This document shows, piece after piece, positions 9,447-18,500 of a stretch of 64,000 bases of DNA (its first letter is position 1; each line of letters starts with the position of its first letter). Both the position numbers and the translations under genes were made by a program. The stretch covers positions 32,001 through 96,000 of the forward strand of contig JAOZFT010000020.1 in assembly GCA_027492035.1 (NCBI GenBank). Reading direction: 5' to 3'. This stretch comes from Thermoproteota archaeon (GTDB taxonomy: Archaea; Korarchaeota; JAOZGF01; JAOZFZ01). The notes beneath the pieces were generated by a model. The model was not told the DNA's origin, searched no databases, and saw only the letters and a list, made by a program, of their open reading frames with translations.

Positions 9447-10592
9447 ATGTATGAAGAAATAATTACTTACTTCTTCCTCCTTTGGATTTTGTTGACAGCT
9501 TTAGCTTATTTCCTACATAAAAAGGGTAAAAAAGTAGAGGTAGGTTTCTTCATTTTCATTTGGCGAATAAAGGAAGCCTCAGCCTTCAAGGTTCCGGAAA
9601 AAATAAAAAATAAATTATCGAAAGGAGCAACTGCTTTAATCCCTGTCGGGATAGGAGCGTCTATTTTCTCTTGTTACTTCATTTCCATGAACATAGTGAA
9701 TTTTTTCGTTTCAAGGAAGGAAATACCTGTAGCTGTACCTTTTCTAGGTGTCACTTTACCTTTTTTCCATGGTTTACTTGCTATAATCACAGCTTTAGTT
9801 ATTCATGAACTAATGCATGGCCTGCTTTGCAGCGTCGAAGGAATAAAGATGAAGTCTATAGGATTCATCCTTTTCTTTTTCTTCCCTGCAGCCTTTGTTG
9901 AAATAGATCCAGAAAGTTTCGAAAAAGCTGATCCGGTTAAAAAACTCAAAGTTCTTTCAGCCGGGTCTGCAGGAAACATAGCCTTAGCCCTAATCACTTT
10001 ATTGATTGGGTTCATTCTCTTCACAGGTTACTTATCAAACCCTGCAGGAGTTATTATAGTTTCTATAACAAAAGGAACTCCAGCCTCTGCAGCAGGAATA
10101 AAACCGTATTGCGTAATTAAAGAAATAAACGGGACAAAAATAAACACGATATATGATTTCTTCAATTACATGAACAACACAAAACCCCACCAAAAAATCA
10201 ACATTTCAACAGATAAAGGAAATTACGTTCTTGTTTTAGTTGCTCACCCTAAAAAATCAAGCAAAGGATTCATAGGAGTTATGGTTGACACCTTCCCTTA
10301 CTTTAACCCTAGAATACCGCTGTCAACGCATCTCTCACTAGAAATAAACAAACTCATTTTCTGGGTCTTCAACATAAACTTAGTAGGAACGCTGAATATG
10401 ATGCCTGCCCCCTTCCTTGACGGTGAAAAATTCTTTAACGAACTTTATAATCTTTTATCTGTAAAGTTGAAATCTGAAAGCGGAAAAGAAAAATTGAAAA
10501 TTGCTTTTTCAGTTTGGGGGGCATTCAACAAAGTAATTTTAGCTTTTATATTGGCTTTTGCAGTGGCTAACTTTGTTAAATTCCTAATTTGA
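9447..10592 (+). CDS. Site-2 (M50) membrane metalloprotease with PDZ domain
   Basis: HELMH zinc motif, AGSAGN, NMMPAPFLDG, PDZ-like insert. Confidence 0.9.
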   Translation: MYEEIITYFFLLWILLTALAYFLHKKGKKVEVGFFIFIWRIKEASAFKVPEKIKNKLSKGATALIPVGIGASIFSCYFISMNIVNFFVSRKEIPVAVPFLGVTLPFFHGLLAIITALVIHELMHGLLCSVEGIKMKSIGFILFFFFPAAFVEIDPESFEKADPVKKLKVLSAGSAGNIALALITLLIGFILFTGYLSNPAGVIIVSITKGTPASAAGIKPYCVIKEINGTKINTIYDFFNYMNNTKPHQKINISTDKGNYVLVLVAHPKKSSKGFIGVMVDTFPYFNPRIPLSTHLSLEINKLIFWVFNINLVGTLNMMPAPFLDGEKFFNELYNLLSVKLKSESGKEKLKIAFSVWGAFNKVILAFILAFAVANFVKFLI

Positions 10593-10595
10593 GGC

Positions 10596-11144
10596 TTATG
10601 TTCCCTGTTTCATTGTTGAAACAATTTGGTTAGGTTTTAAAACAGATAAACCTGTTTTTTCACCAACTACTTCCACAAGCAAAACTTTATCAGGTTTCTT
10701 TAAATCCACCTTCCTCGGTATAAGTTCAGCCAGTGAAAGAATAATTTCTCTACTGTGTAAATTGGTTCTTCTCTTTTCAACTGTGACACGGAAAGTTTCG
10801 TTTTCAAGGAACTGAATAGATAACTTTTTCACTGCCTCCTTCATGGCTTCCAAATTTGTAGGAACAACTTTCTGAATAGGTATATACCTTAAAGTGAAAA
10901 CAAAAGGAAGCTTCCCTTCCTTAACTAAGTCACTTATTTTTTCTGCAGCGTTTAACGGGTTCAGTTTCGTTTTAACTTTCAATAACCCCCTAACACTAGC
11001 CCTTTTAACCTTAACTTCATCATCTCCTAACGCATGAAATACATTACGCACCTCTAGTGCTGCTTGAAACTCTTCCCCCCTTCTAGAAGTCACTAAAAAA
11101 TTGAAGTCACTTCTTACTTTTTTTATTTCATTCTCTCTTGACAT
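10596..11144 (-). CDS. THUMP-domain RNA-binding protein
   Basis: ETFRVTVEKRRT...KVDLKKPDKVLLVEVVG. Confidence 0.85.
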   Translation of the reverse strand: MSRENEIKKVRSDFNFLVTSRRGEEFQAALEVRNVFHALGDDEVKVKRASVRGLLKVKTKLNPLNAAEKISDLVKEGKLPFVFTLRYIPIQKVVPTNLEAMKEAVKKLSIQFLENETFRVTVEKRRTNLHSREIILSLAELIPRKVDLKKPDKVLLVEVVGEKTGLSVLKPNQIVSTMKQGT

Positions 11145-11362
11145 GTTTTTCCACTTCCAAACCTGTGCAAGTGCTTAAAAAGGATATTTAAACTTAAGTT
11201 GGCCCTATTATCTCCTCAATTAAATCTATTCCGGGAAAACTGGGGATTTCTTTTTGGAAATTTATGTTCCTTTATTTTTACTAAAACTTATTCTTTTAGA
11301 GAAACAATATTTAATTACTAAATTTTTCTTATTTTTTTAAAAGAAAAGGGGAGGATTTAGAG

Positions 11363-12742
11363 GTGGCTGAAATAAGTCCTGTAGTTTTAACTAAGGAAGA
11401 AATTTACTCCTTATTAAATATACTGGAAGATAGGGAAGTAACGGAGGCTAAAGCGAAGTCGTTAACTCCGTTGAAGGAAACAATTCTTTTTGAGGGAAAA
11501 CCTATGACAGCCATAGTGAAAGATGTAAATGGGAAGGAGTACATAGACATGACAGCTCAAGCTTGGACCCTTAACTTAGGTTATGTACATCCAGACATCC
11601 TTTACAGTGTGTATTTACAGATGCAGAAGCTTACACATGTAAGGTACGGCTTCCCCACAATCCCAAGAATAAAATTAATAAATAAATTGACTCAGTTAGC
11701 TCCTGGAAAACTGAAAAGGGTTTCTTTCAACAATGAAGGAGGAGGTTTAGCAGTTGAAGCCTCCATTAAACTTGCACTAGTGAATAAACCGGAAGGAAGA
11801 ACCTTCATAACTTTCTGGAGAGGGTACCACGGAAGTACTTTAACCACTATTTCAGCAAGCAATTATTTACCCTTTATAATAAGGTTTTCCGGCTTCGGTT
11901 TAGACAGATTTGTAAAGGTTCCTTTCCCTTACTGTTACAGGTGTCCCTTCAATTTCGAGTACCCTAACTGTAACTTGGAATGTTTGAATGTCCTTGAATC
12001 AACTTTAAAAAGGGGGGTGAATGAACCTGTAGCTGGAGTAATTATGGAACCTATACAGGGGCCTGGTGGACAAATACCTGCTCCAAAAGAATACATTAAG
12101 GGTGTAAGGCAAGTTTGTGATGAAAACAATGTTTACTTGATCTGGGATGAATCTCAAACCGCCTTTGGTAGAGTTGGCGAAATGTTCGCCGCTGACCTTT
12201 ACAGTACAACACCTGACATCATGGCTTTAACCAAAGCTTTAGGCGGAGGGTTCCCAATTGGTGCCTTGCTTGCTAGGGAGGATTTGAAAGGGTTTAGTGA
12301 AGGGGAGGAGCACACAACTTTCGGAAGCAACCCGGTAATGTTTGCAGCTGCTTTAGTGAATTTAGAAGTGATTCAAAGGCTTAATTTGGCGAAAAAGGCC
12401 AAGGAGACAGGTAAATACATAACTAAAAGACTTGAAGAAATGAAGGAAGATTATGAGTTAATTGGCGACGTAAGGGGGCCAGGGTTATTTATAGGGGTTG
12501 AGCTTGTGAAGGATAAGGAAACAAAGGAGCCTGCCACAGAAGAAGCTGACAATTTAGTTGCAGAGGCAATGAAGAGGGGAGTTATTTTTGATTTAAGCAT
12601 GCCTGAAATAACTTTTACAAACGAATTTATTCGAAACGTGATCAAATTTAAGCCTCCCTTGACAATAACACAGGAGGAAGTTGATAAGGCGCTGAATGTT
12701 TTTGAGGAAAGTTTAAAAGAAACTATTGAAGAGTATCTTTAA
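11363..12742 (+). CDS. Class III PLP aminotransferase (GabT/ArgD-like; substrate unknown)
   Basis: GYHGST, EPIQGPGG, DESQTAFGR, TKALGGG (PLP Lys), HTTFGSNP. Confidence 0.9.
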   Translation: MAEISPVVLTKEEIYSLLNILEDREVTEAKAKSLTPLKETILFEGKPMTAIVKDVNGKEYIDMTAQAWTLNLGYVHPDILYSVYLQMQKLTHVRYGFPTIPRIKLINKLTQLAPGKLKRVSFNNEGGGLAVEASIKLALVNKPEGRTFITFWRGYHGSTLTTISASNYLPFIIRFSGFGLDRFVKVPFPYCYRCPFNFEYPNCNLECLNVLESTLKRGVNEPVAGVIMEPIQGPGGQIPAPKEYIKGVRQVCDENNVYLIWDESQTAFGRVGEMFAADLYSTTPDIMALTKALGGGFPIGALLAREDLKGFSEGEEHTTFGSNPVMFAAALVNLEVIQRLNLAKKAKETGKYITKRLEEMKEDYELIGDVRGPGLFIGVELVKDKETKEPATEEADNLVAEAMKRGVIFDLSMPEITFTNEFIRNVIKFKPPLTITQEEVDKALNVFEESLKETIEEYL

Positions 12743-12792
12743 GTAGTGACTCCATAAGTTAATGACCTTTTCTTAACAACTTTGGTGGGTGT

Positions 12793-13968
12793 TTGTTTAT
12801 GGAGAACTGGAGATTAATAGATTTAGGTTACGCTGAACCCTACATGGCTCAAACTTTTTATGAAGCCGTTGCAGAAGCTTTAAATAGAGGTTTTTCCATG
12901 AATACATTGATTCTTGTCCAGCCTTCCAGTCCGTACGTCTGTCTCGGCTACCACCAAGTGTTAGAGAAAGAAATAGATGTCAACTACTGTAAAGAAAGGG
13001 GGTTACCAATAATTAGGAGAACACAGGGTGGAGGAGCAACTTACCTTGACTCAAACCAAATCTTTTACCAAGTAATTGTTGATGAAAAAAGTGAAACTGT
13101 ACCTAAAACTGTTAATGATTTTTTCAAAAAGCTTCTTGAAGTGACAGTGTATGTTTATAGGAAACTTGGCTTAAATGCTGAGTTTAAACCAATAAACGAT
13201 GTCATGGTGCAAGGTAGGAAAATATCAGGTAATGGAGCAAGTAAGACAGGTAAAGCAATGATTCTTGTCGGAAACATAATTTTAGATCTCGACTACGGTT
13301 CAATGGCTAAAGTGTTAAAGGTTCCCAGTGAAAAATTCAGAGATAAAATGGCTAAAAGCATTAAGCAATGGGTTACTTCTTTAAAAAGGGAATTAGGGTA
13401 TGTTCCATCAGTTAAAGAAATAAAGAAACATATAGTGGAGGGTTACGAAAAAATCCTCAATATAAAACTTAACCCTTCAAAGCCTTCAGGGGAAGAACTT
13501 AAAATTTGGAGGGAAGAAATAAAGCCGAGACATATGTCGGAAGAATGGCTCCACTTACCTTTGTTTACTCACAAAAAAATCCTTAGTGACAGGGCTGTTA
13601 AAATAGCTGACGGAGTGAAGGTTGTAGAGGTTGATTACAAAGCAAAGAAACTGATAAGGGTCACAGCCGAAGTTATTGGTGATAAAATAATTGATTTAAT
13701 GATCACCGGTGACTTCTTCATGATGTCTCCTAATGGCGTTGAAAAACTTGAGAAATCCCTTAAGGGAGCATCGTTGAAGGAGGGGGAGTTGAGGAAAAAA
13801 ATAACAGAAACTTTCAGAAAAGAAACAATTCAAGCCCCGGGTTTAGAGCCTGAAGACCTGGTAAATGCAATAATGAAAATCAAAAAATATACAGTAAAGT
13901 ATCCACCTGACATTTACCCCTTTACACACCCGGAAAGAAGTAATTCCAATAACGAAAGAACACGTTAA
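12793..13968 (+). CDS. lplA: Lipoate-protein ligase (LplA catalytic + LplB-like C-terminal domain)
   Basis: RRTQGGGATYLD, NDV...RKISGNG, C-terminal ITGDFF. Confidence 0.85.
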   Translation: MFMENWRLIDLGYAEPYMAQTFYEAVAEALNRGFSMNTLILVQPSSPYVCLGYHQVLEKEIDVNYCKERGLPIIRRTQGGGATYLDSNQIFYQVIVDEKSETVPKTVNDFFKKLLEVTVYVYRKLGLNAEFKPINDVMVQGRKISGNGASKTGKAMILVGNIILDLDYGSMAKVLKVPSEKFRDKMAKSIKQWVTSLKRELGYVPSVKEIKKHIVEGYEKILNIKLNPSKPSGEELKIWREEIKPRHMSEEWLHLPLFTHKKILSDRAVKIADGVKVVEVDYKAKKLIRVTAEVIGDKIIDLMITGDFFMMSPNGVEKLEKSLKGASLKEGELRKKITETFRKETIQAPGLEPEDLVNAIMKIKKYTVKYPPDIYPFTHPERSNSNNERTR

Positions 13969-14084
13969 TACGCAAATCCATCTATAAACTTTAACCTCAC
14001 CACTTTCATTTTTTAAAAAAGAAAGTATGGATATTATACTTAACGAACGACATAATTAACAAAAAGGAAAGGGTTTCTCTGATC

Positions 14085-15560
14085 ATGGCTACATTATTGG
14101 CTAGAATGGATGAAATAATCCTCAAAAAAAAGAATACAAGAAAATTTTTCGTAAGAAAATTAATAAGGAATGTTAAGAAGGCATTAGAAACTTGTAGCTT
14201 GACAGAGGGTTCAGTTTCTCAAGATCAAGGTAGGTTACTCATTAGTGTACCTGAAGAAAAGGTTTCTGAAACAGTGAACGTTTTGAAAAGAGTATTTGGC
14301 ATTGTTTCAATTTCTCAAGTTGAAACAGCAACGTTTTCAACATTTAATGAGATAATTTCAAAAGCTGAAGCTCTTTTCAAAAACAAAATAGAGGGCAAAA
14401 CATTTTCAGTTAAAGTTAAAAGAGTTGGGAAACATGACTTCACTTCATTGTCCCTCACAAAAAGTATAGGAGCTGCACTTAGTAAATATGGTAAGGTAAA
14501 TCTGAAAAAACCACAAGTTACAGTTTACGTTGAAGTTAGAGATAAAACCCTCCTCTTCTATGGTGAAAAAATAAAGGGGAGTGGAGGGTTACCCATCGGA
14601 ACCAATGGAAAAGTTGTGGCATTAATTTCAGGCGGGTTCGATTCAACTGTTGCAGCATGGTACCTGTTAAAAAGAGGGGCTGAAGTTTATTATGTATTCT
14701 GCAACCTGGGAGGAGAAATCCATAAAGAAAAAACGTTAAAGGTTGTGAATGTTTTAGTTAAAAACTGGAGTTATGGTTACAAACCGAAGATGTACATTTT
14801 CAATTTTCAACCCCTTTTAGAGGAAATAAGGAGAAACTGCCTCCAAAATTACTGGAACATAGTTTTAAAAAGGTTTATGTACAGGGCAGCTGAAAAAGTA
14901 GCCTTGGAAATAAAAGCTGAAGGGATAGTTACCGGTGAATCCTTGGGACAGGTTTCTTCCCAAACATTAACTAACCTTTATGTTTCATCAGAAGCGGTAA
15001 ACACCCAAATCTTGAGGCCCTTAATAGGGTTTGATAAAAAAGAAATAATTGAGAAAACACGTCTCATAGGTTCCTATGAGAAATCCAGTCAAGTTAAAGA
15101 ATATTGTAGAATGGTTCCTAGGCACCCTAAAACAAAAGCGAAACTTGAGCAGGTTAAAAAGGAGGAAGCGAAAATTAATAAAAAAATAATTCATGAAATA
15201 TTTTCTCAAGTAGAAGTTGTAGAGCTTAGAAAGGAAAAAGAAGGGGTTACTGAGGCTGAATACGGAGTCGAGGTCAGTGAAATACCTGAAAATGCAGTGT
15301 TAATCGATTTAAGGAATAAAGAGGAATTCAATCAATGGAGCTACCCTGGTTCATTAAATATTCCTCTGGAAAACTTCTTACAAGGGAGAGTTAACTTGGA
15401 GAAAAACAAAACTTACCTCCTTTTATGTAAAGAGGGGGTTGTAAGCAAGGAAATTGCTTTTAATCTTAAACTTGAAGGGTTCAAAGTTTATAGCTTAAGA
15501 GGAGGAATAGAGAAACTAAGGAATAAAGGGAAAAGACCAGTTTGTTCAAAAAAATTGTGA
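14085..15560 (+). CDS. thiI: tRNA 4-thiouridine synthase with C-terminal rhodanese domain
   Basis: THUMP domain, SGGFDS PP-loop, TGESLGQVSSQT, RPLIG, rhodanese IDLR...LLLCKEG. Confidence 0.92.
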   Translation: MATLLARMDEIILKKKNTRKFFVRKLIRNVKKALETCSLTEGSVSQDQGRLLISVPEEKVSETVNVLKRVFGIVSISQVETATFSTFNEIISKAEALFKNKIEGKTFSVKVKRVGKHDFTSLSLTKSIGAALSKYGKVNLKKPQVTVYVEVRDKTLLFYGEKIKGSGGLPIGTNGKVVALISGGFDSTVAAWYLLKRGAEVYYVFCNLGGEIHKEKTLKVVNVLVKNWSYGYKPKMYIFNFQPLLEEIRRNCLQNYWNIVLKRFMYRAAEKVALEIKAEGIVTGESLGQVSSQTLTNLYVSSEAVNTQILRPLIGFDKKEIIEKTRLIGSYEKSSQVKEYCRMVPRHPKTKAKLEQVKKEEAKINKKIIHEIFSQVEVVELRKEKEGVTEAEYGVEVSEIPENAVLIDLRNKEEFNQWSYPGSLNIPLENFLQGRVNLEKNKTYLLLCKEGVVSKEIAFNLKLEGFKVYSLRGGIEKLRNKGKRPVCSKKL

Positions 15561-15728
15561 GAATCGCCTTCCATCTTTCAAAATATTCTTAACAACCCTT
15601 TAATTTCTTAGCCATCCCTGAACCTTCCGATTCAATTAGTTTCTGTAAAGTGGGAAGGGAAGAATTTTTAACTGGGTTTATCCTTTTAAATGAAGAGAAA
15701 ATCTTTTTTTAACTTTTGGTGAAGAAAC

Positions 15729-17054
15729 ATGAGTAAACTGCAGGAGACGGGTTTGGAATCAGAACCTGAAGCCTTACTTGATGGAATAGATGAAGAGAAA
15801 TACATTGTTGCAACTTACTACATGGCCATGAAAAAGGACTGGAATGCTCATAAGGTTGCCAGGGCAGCAGCAATTGAGCAAAGTACAGGTACCTGGGTCC
15901 CTGTACCGGGGGAAACACCAGAAGTTAGGAGGGAGCATGTGGCAAAAGCAGTTGGGGTTTATGAAGTACCTAATTTTGAATTTGAAATCCCTGAAGAAAC
16001 TAAGGAAAGACACTACATTATCCAAATTGCTTATCCTTTCATTAACTTCGGTTTTCAGTTCCCTATGTTGTTCAGCACAATTGTAGGGAACCTTTCATTG
16101 GGAGGAAAAGTTAAGCTTTTGGATTTGAAGTTTCCAAAAGACTTCCTTAAAGAGTTTAAAGGCCCAAAGTTTGGTGTGAAAGGGGTTAGGGAAATACTTA
16201 AGGTGTCTGAGAGGCCTCTTGTCAATAACATGATAAAGCCTTGCACAGGTTTTCCGCCTGATGTAGGGGCTAAACTTGTTTATGCTGTAAGTAAAGGGGG
16301 AGTTGACCTTATAAAAGATGATGAACTCCTTGCAGACGCCCCATTTAATAAATTAGAGGAAAGAGTAACCAAGTACATGGAAGCTATCAACAAAGCAGAA
16401 GAAGAAACAGGAGAAAAAACAATCTACACAATAAACGTTACTGATAAACCTTCGAAAGTGTTAGAGAACGCTGAAAAAGTAATTGAGTTAGGGGCTAATG
16501 GGCTAATGATTAATTACTTAGCGGTGGGTTTGCCTATTTTAAGGGAGTTAACTGAAGACCCGTCTGTAAAAGTTCCAGTTCTAGGCCACATGGATGTATC
16601 AGGTGCAATGTATGAGTCTCATTTCTCAGGGGTTTCTTCAATTCTTTTACTTGGTAAATTACCTAGGTTGGCGGGTGCAGACATAATAGTTTACCCTGCC
16701 CCTTACGGAAAAGCCCCTATTTTGAAAGAGAAGTATATCCAAATAGCTAAAGCTCATTTGCTACCTTTTCAACACATTAAACAAACTTTTCCCATGCCTA
16801 GCGGAGGCTTAACTGTGACTCATTTACCGGAACTAATCAAGGATTTAGGTTACGAATTCATTGTAGGAGTAGGGGGGGCTATTCATGCCCATCCAATGGG
16901 GCCTGAAGCAGGGGCTAAAGCTTTCAGGCAAGCTTTAGATGTTTTAATGCAAGGTAAAAGCTTAGATGATGCATTAGATGAATATAAGGAATTAAGTGCA
17001 GCGGTTGAAGCTGCATTTAAAGCAATTAAGGAATGGAAAGAAATTGTTTCATAA
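15729..17054 (+). CDS. RuBisCO-like protein (form IV)
   Basis: EQSTGTW, GPKFG, IKP, KDDE, SGG, GGAIHAHP retained. Equivalents of K177 (C), R295 (M) and H327 are lost, so not a bona fide carboxylase. Confidence 0.88.
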   Translation: MSKLQETGLESEPEALLDGIDEEKYIVATYYMAMKKDWNAHKVARAAAIEQSTGTWVPVPGETPEVRREHVAKAVGVYEVPNFEFEIPEETKERHYIIQIAYPFINFGFQFPMLFSTIVGNLSLGGKVKLLDLKFPKDFLKEFKGPKFGVKGVREILKVSERPLVNNMIKPCTGFPPDVGAKLVYAVSKGGVDLIKDDELLADAPFNKLEERVTKYMEAINKAEEETGEKTIYTINVTDKPSKVLENAEKVIELGANGLMINYLAVGLPILRELTEDPSVKVPVLGHMDVSGAMYESHFSGVSSILLLGKLPRLAGADIIVYPAPYGKAPILKEKYIQIAKAHLLPFQHIKQTFPMPSGGLTVTHLPELIKDLGYEFIVGVGGAIHAHPMGPEAGAKAFRQALDVLMQGKSLDDALDEYKELSAAVEAAFKAIKEWKEIVS

Positions 17055-17101
17055 ACTTTTTTAAACTTTTAATGGAGAAAGAAGAAGGAGGTGTTGTTTA
17101 A

Positions 17102-17464
17102 ATGCCTAAGGTTCCGTCCTTTATTTTAAAGAAGTTATATGTAAAAAACTCTCTTAAGAACTTGGAGGATGGCTTCCAATTTGAAATAAAAAACGTTTTA
17201 GCGGATGCTACAATAAACGCACCTATCGAATTAACTGTAGACAATAAACCTGTGGAAAAGGAGAAAGTGACTTTAGTTATAGGGGGTAAGGAAATACCTT
17301 CTGGACAGGTTTCTTCCTCTAGTCCTTTAAAGTTCCCTGTTCAAACTTTAGTGCAAGTAAAAATCGAGGATAAACCTCTAAGTTCAGGAAAACATAAAAT
17401 TGAAATAAAGACGAATTCTCAAGAGTACGGGGAAATTTCTTTCTCGGTAAAGGGAGAAATCTAA
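17102..17464 (+). CDS. Hypothetical beta-rich protein
   Basis: 120 aa, strong SD GGAGGTG. The VPSFILKKLYVKNSLKN..GFQFEIKN start looks like a conserved archaeal domain of unknown function. Confidence 0.75.
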   Translation: MPKVPSFILKKLYVKNSLKNLEDGFQFEIKNVLADATINAPIELTVDNKPVEKEKVTLVIGGKEIPSGQVSSSSPLKFPVQTLVQVKIEDKPLSSGKHKIEIKTNSQEYGEISFSVKGEI

Positions 17465-17575
17465 AGTTTAACTTTAGCAAAATCTCCCTCTTTTTTTTCA
17501 ATTGCACTCTCTAAAACTGTTAAACCATTAAAAGTTGAATTTTTCCAGAAAAGTACTTGAATAATTTAAGGTGTT

Positions 17576-18331
17576 TTAAATTAACCCTATTCTTTTACAG
17601 ATTTCTTTCACTGACACAAAGGCAGGGGAGTCGCTGGGCAAATCCAGTAATGATTTACCTTCCATTAAATAAGTCATTACGTTTTCATCTACAGGCACTA
17701 TACCCGCCACTTTTAAACCTATTTTTTCAGCCTCTCTCTTCAACATATCCTCAACTTCTGGAGGGAATTTGTTCCCTATCAAAAGAATTTTTCCAACTTT
17801 TATGTGCACCTCTTTAGTTAACTCCTTTATTCTTCTAGCTGTTTCTAACCCTGTTTTTGAAGTATCTGTTATAACTAGTAAGAGATCTACATCATGATCT
17901 GTTCTTCTGCTTAAGTGCTCAAGTCCTGCTTCCATATCTAACAAAACTATGTCGTAGTTTTTCTCTATTTTATCTATAATGGAGGCTAGGACAGAATTAA
18001 CGTAACAGTAGCACCCTTCACCCTCTGTCCTCCCCATCGCTAATACATCAAACCTCGTTGTTTCTTTAAGTGTTTCATAGATCCATCCTTCCAACAAGCT
18101 GTCCTTTGCTACGTACGCTAAGGACCCGTCTTCCAAGCCTTTACGGAATTTGTTAACTACCTCACCTACTGTTTTTTCCAGGTTTAGGCCTAGTACGAGT
18201 GGTACATTTGTTGACGGGTCTGCATCTATTAAAAGGATTGCTTTATCTGTGTTTTCAACAAGCGCTTTCAAAATGAGGCTTGTTACTGTGGTTTTTCCTG
18301 TTCCTCCTTTACCTGAAACCGAAATAATCAT
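17576..18331 (-). CDS. cooC: CooC/AcsF-type nickel-insertion ATPase
   Basis: GKGGTGKT, DADP, GCYC, DMEAGLEHLSR. Confidence 0.88.
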   Translation of the reverse strand: MIISVSGKGGTGKTTVTSLILKALVENTDKAILLIDADPSTNVPLVLGLNLEKTVGEVVNKFRKGLEDGSLAYVAKDSLLEGWIYETLKETTRFDVLAMGRTEGEGCYCYVNSVLASIIDKIEKNYDIVLLDMEAGLEHLSRRTDHDVDLLLVITDTSKTGLETARRIKELTKEVHIKVGKILLIGNKFPPEVEDMLKREAEKIGLKVAGIVPVDENVMTYLMEGKSLLDLPSDSPAFVSVKEICKRIGLI

Positions 18332-18500
18332 TTCTCCGTCACTTCCTTTAGTTTTTAACTGAAACCTTACTCTTTAAGAGCTTCGTGGGGAAGGGCACTT
18401 TAAAGAGGTAGGTTTATTTCTAATTTTATGTTTTGTTACATAAAGTTAAAAATTTTATGTTTTTGGTTACATTTTTTAAAAAGAACTTGAACATCACCAT

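Noticed and set aside
15729-17054. Form III RuBisCO / CO2 fixation
   Set aside because: K177, R295 and H327 equivalents are missing.
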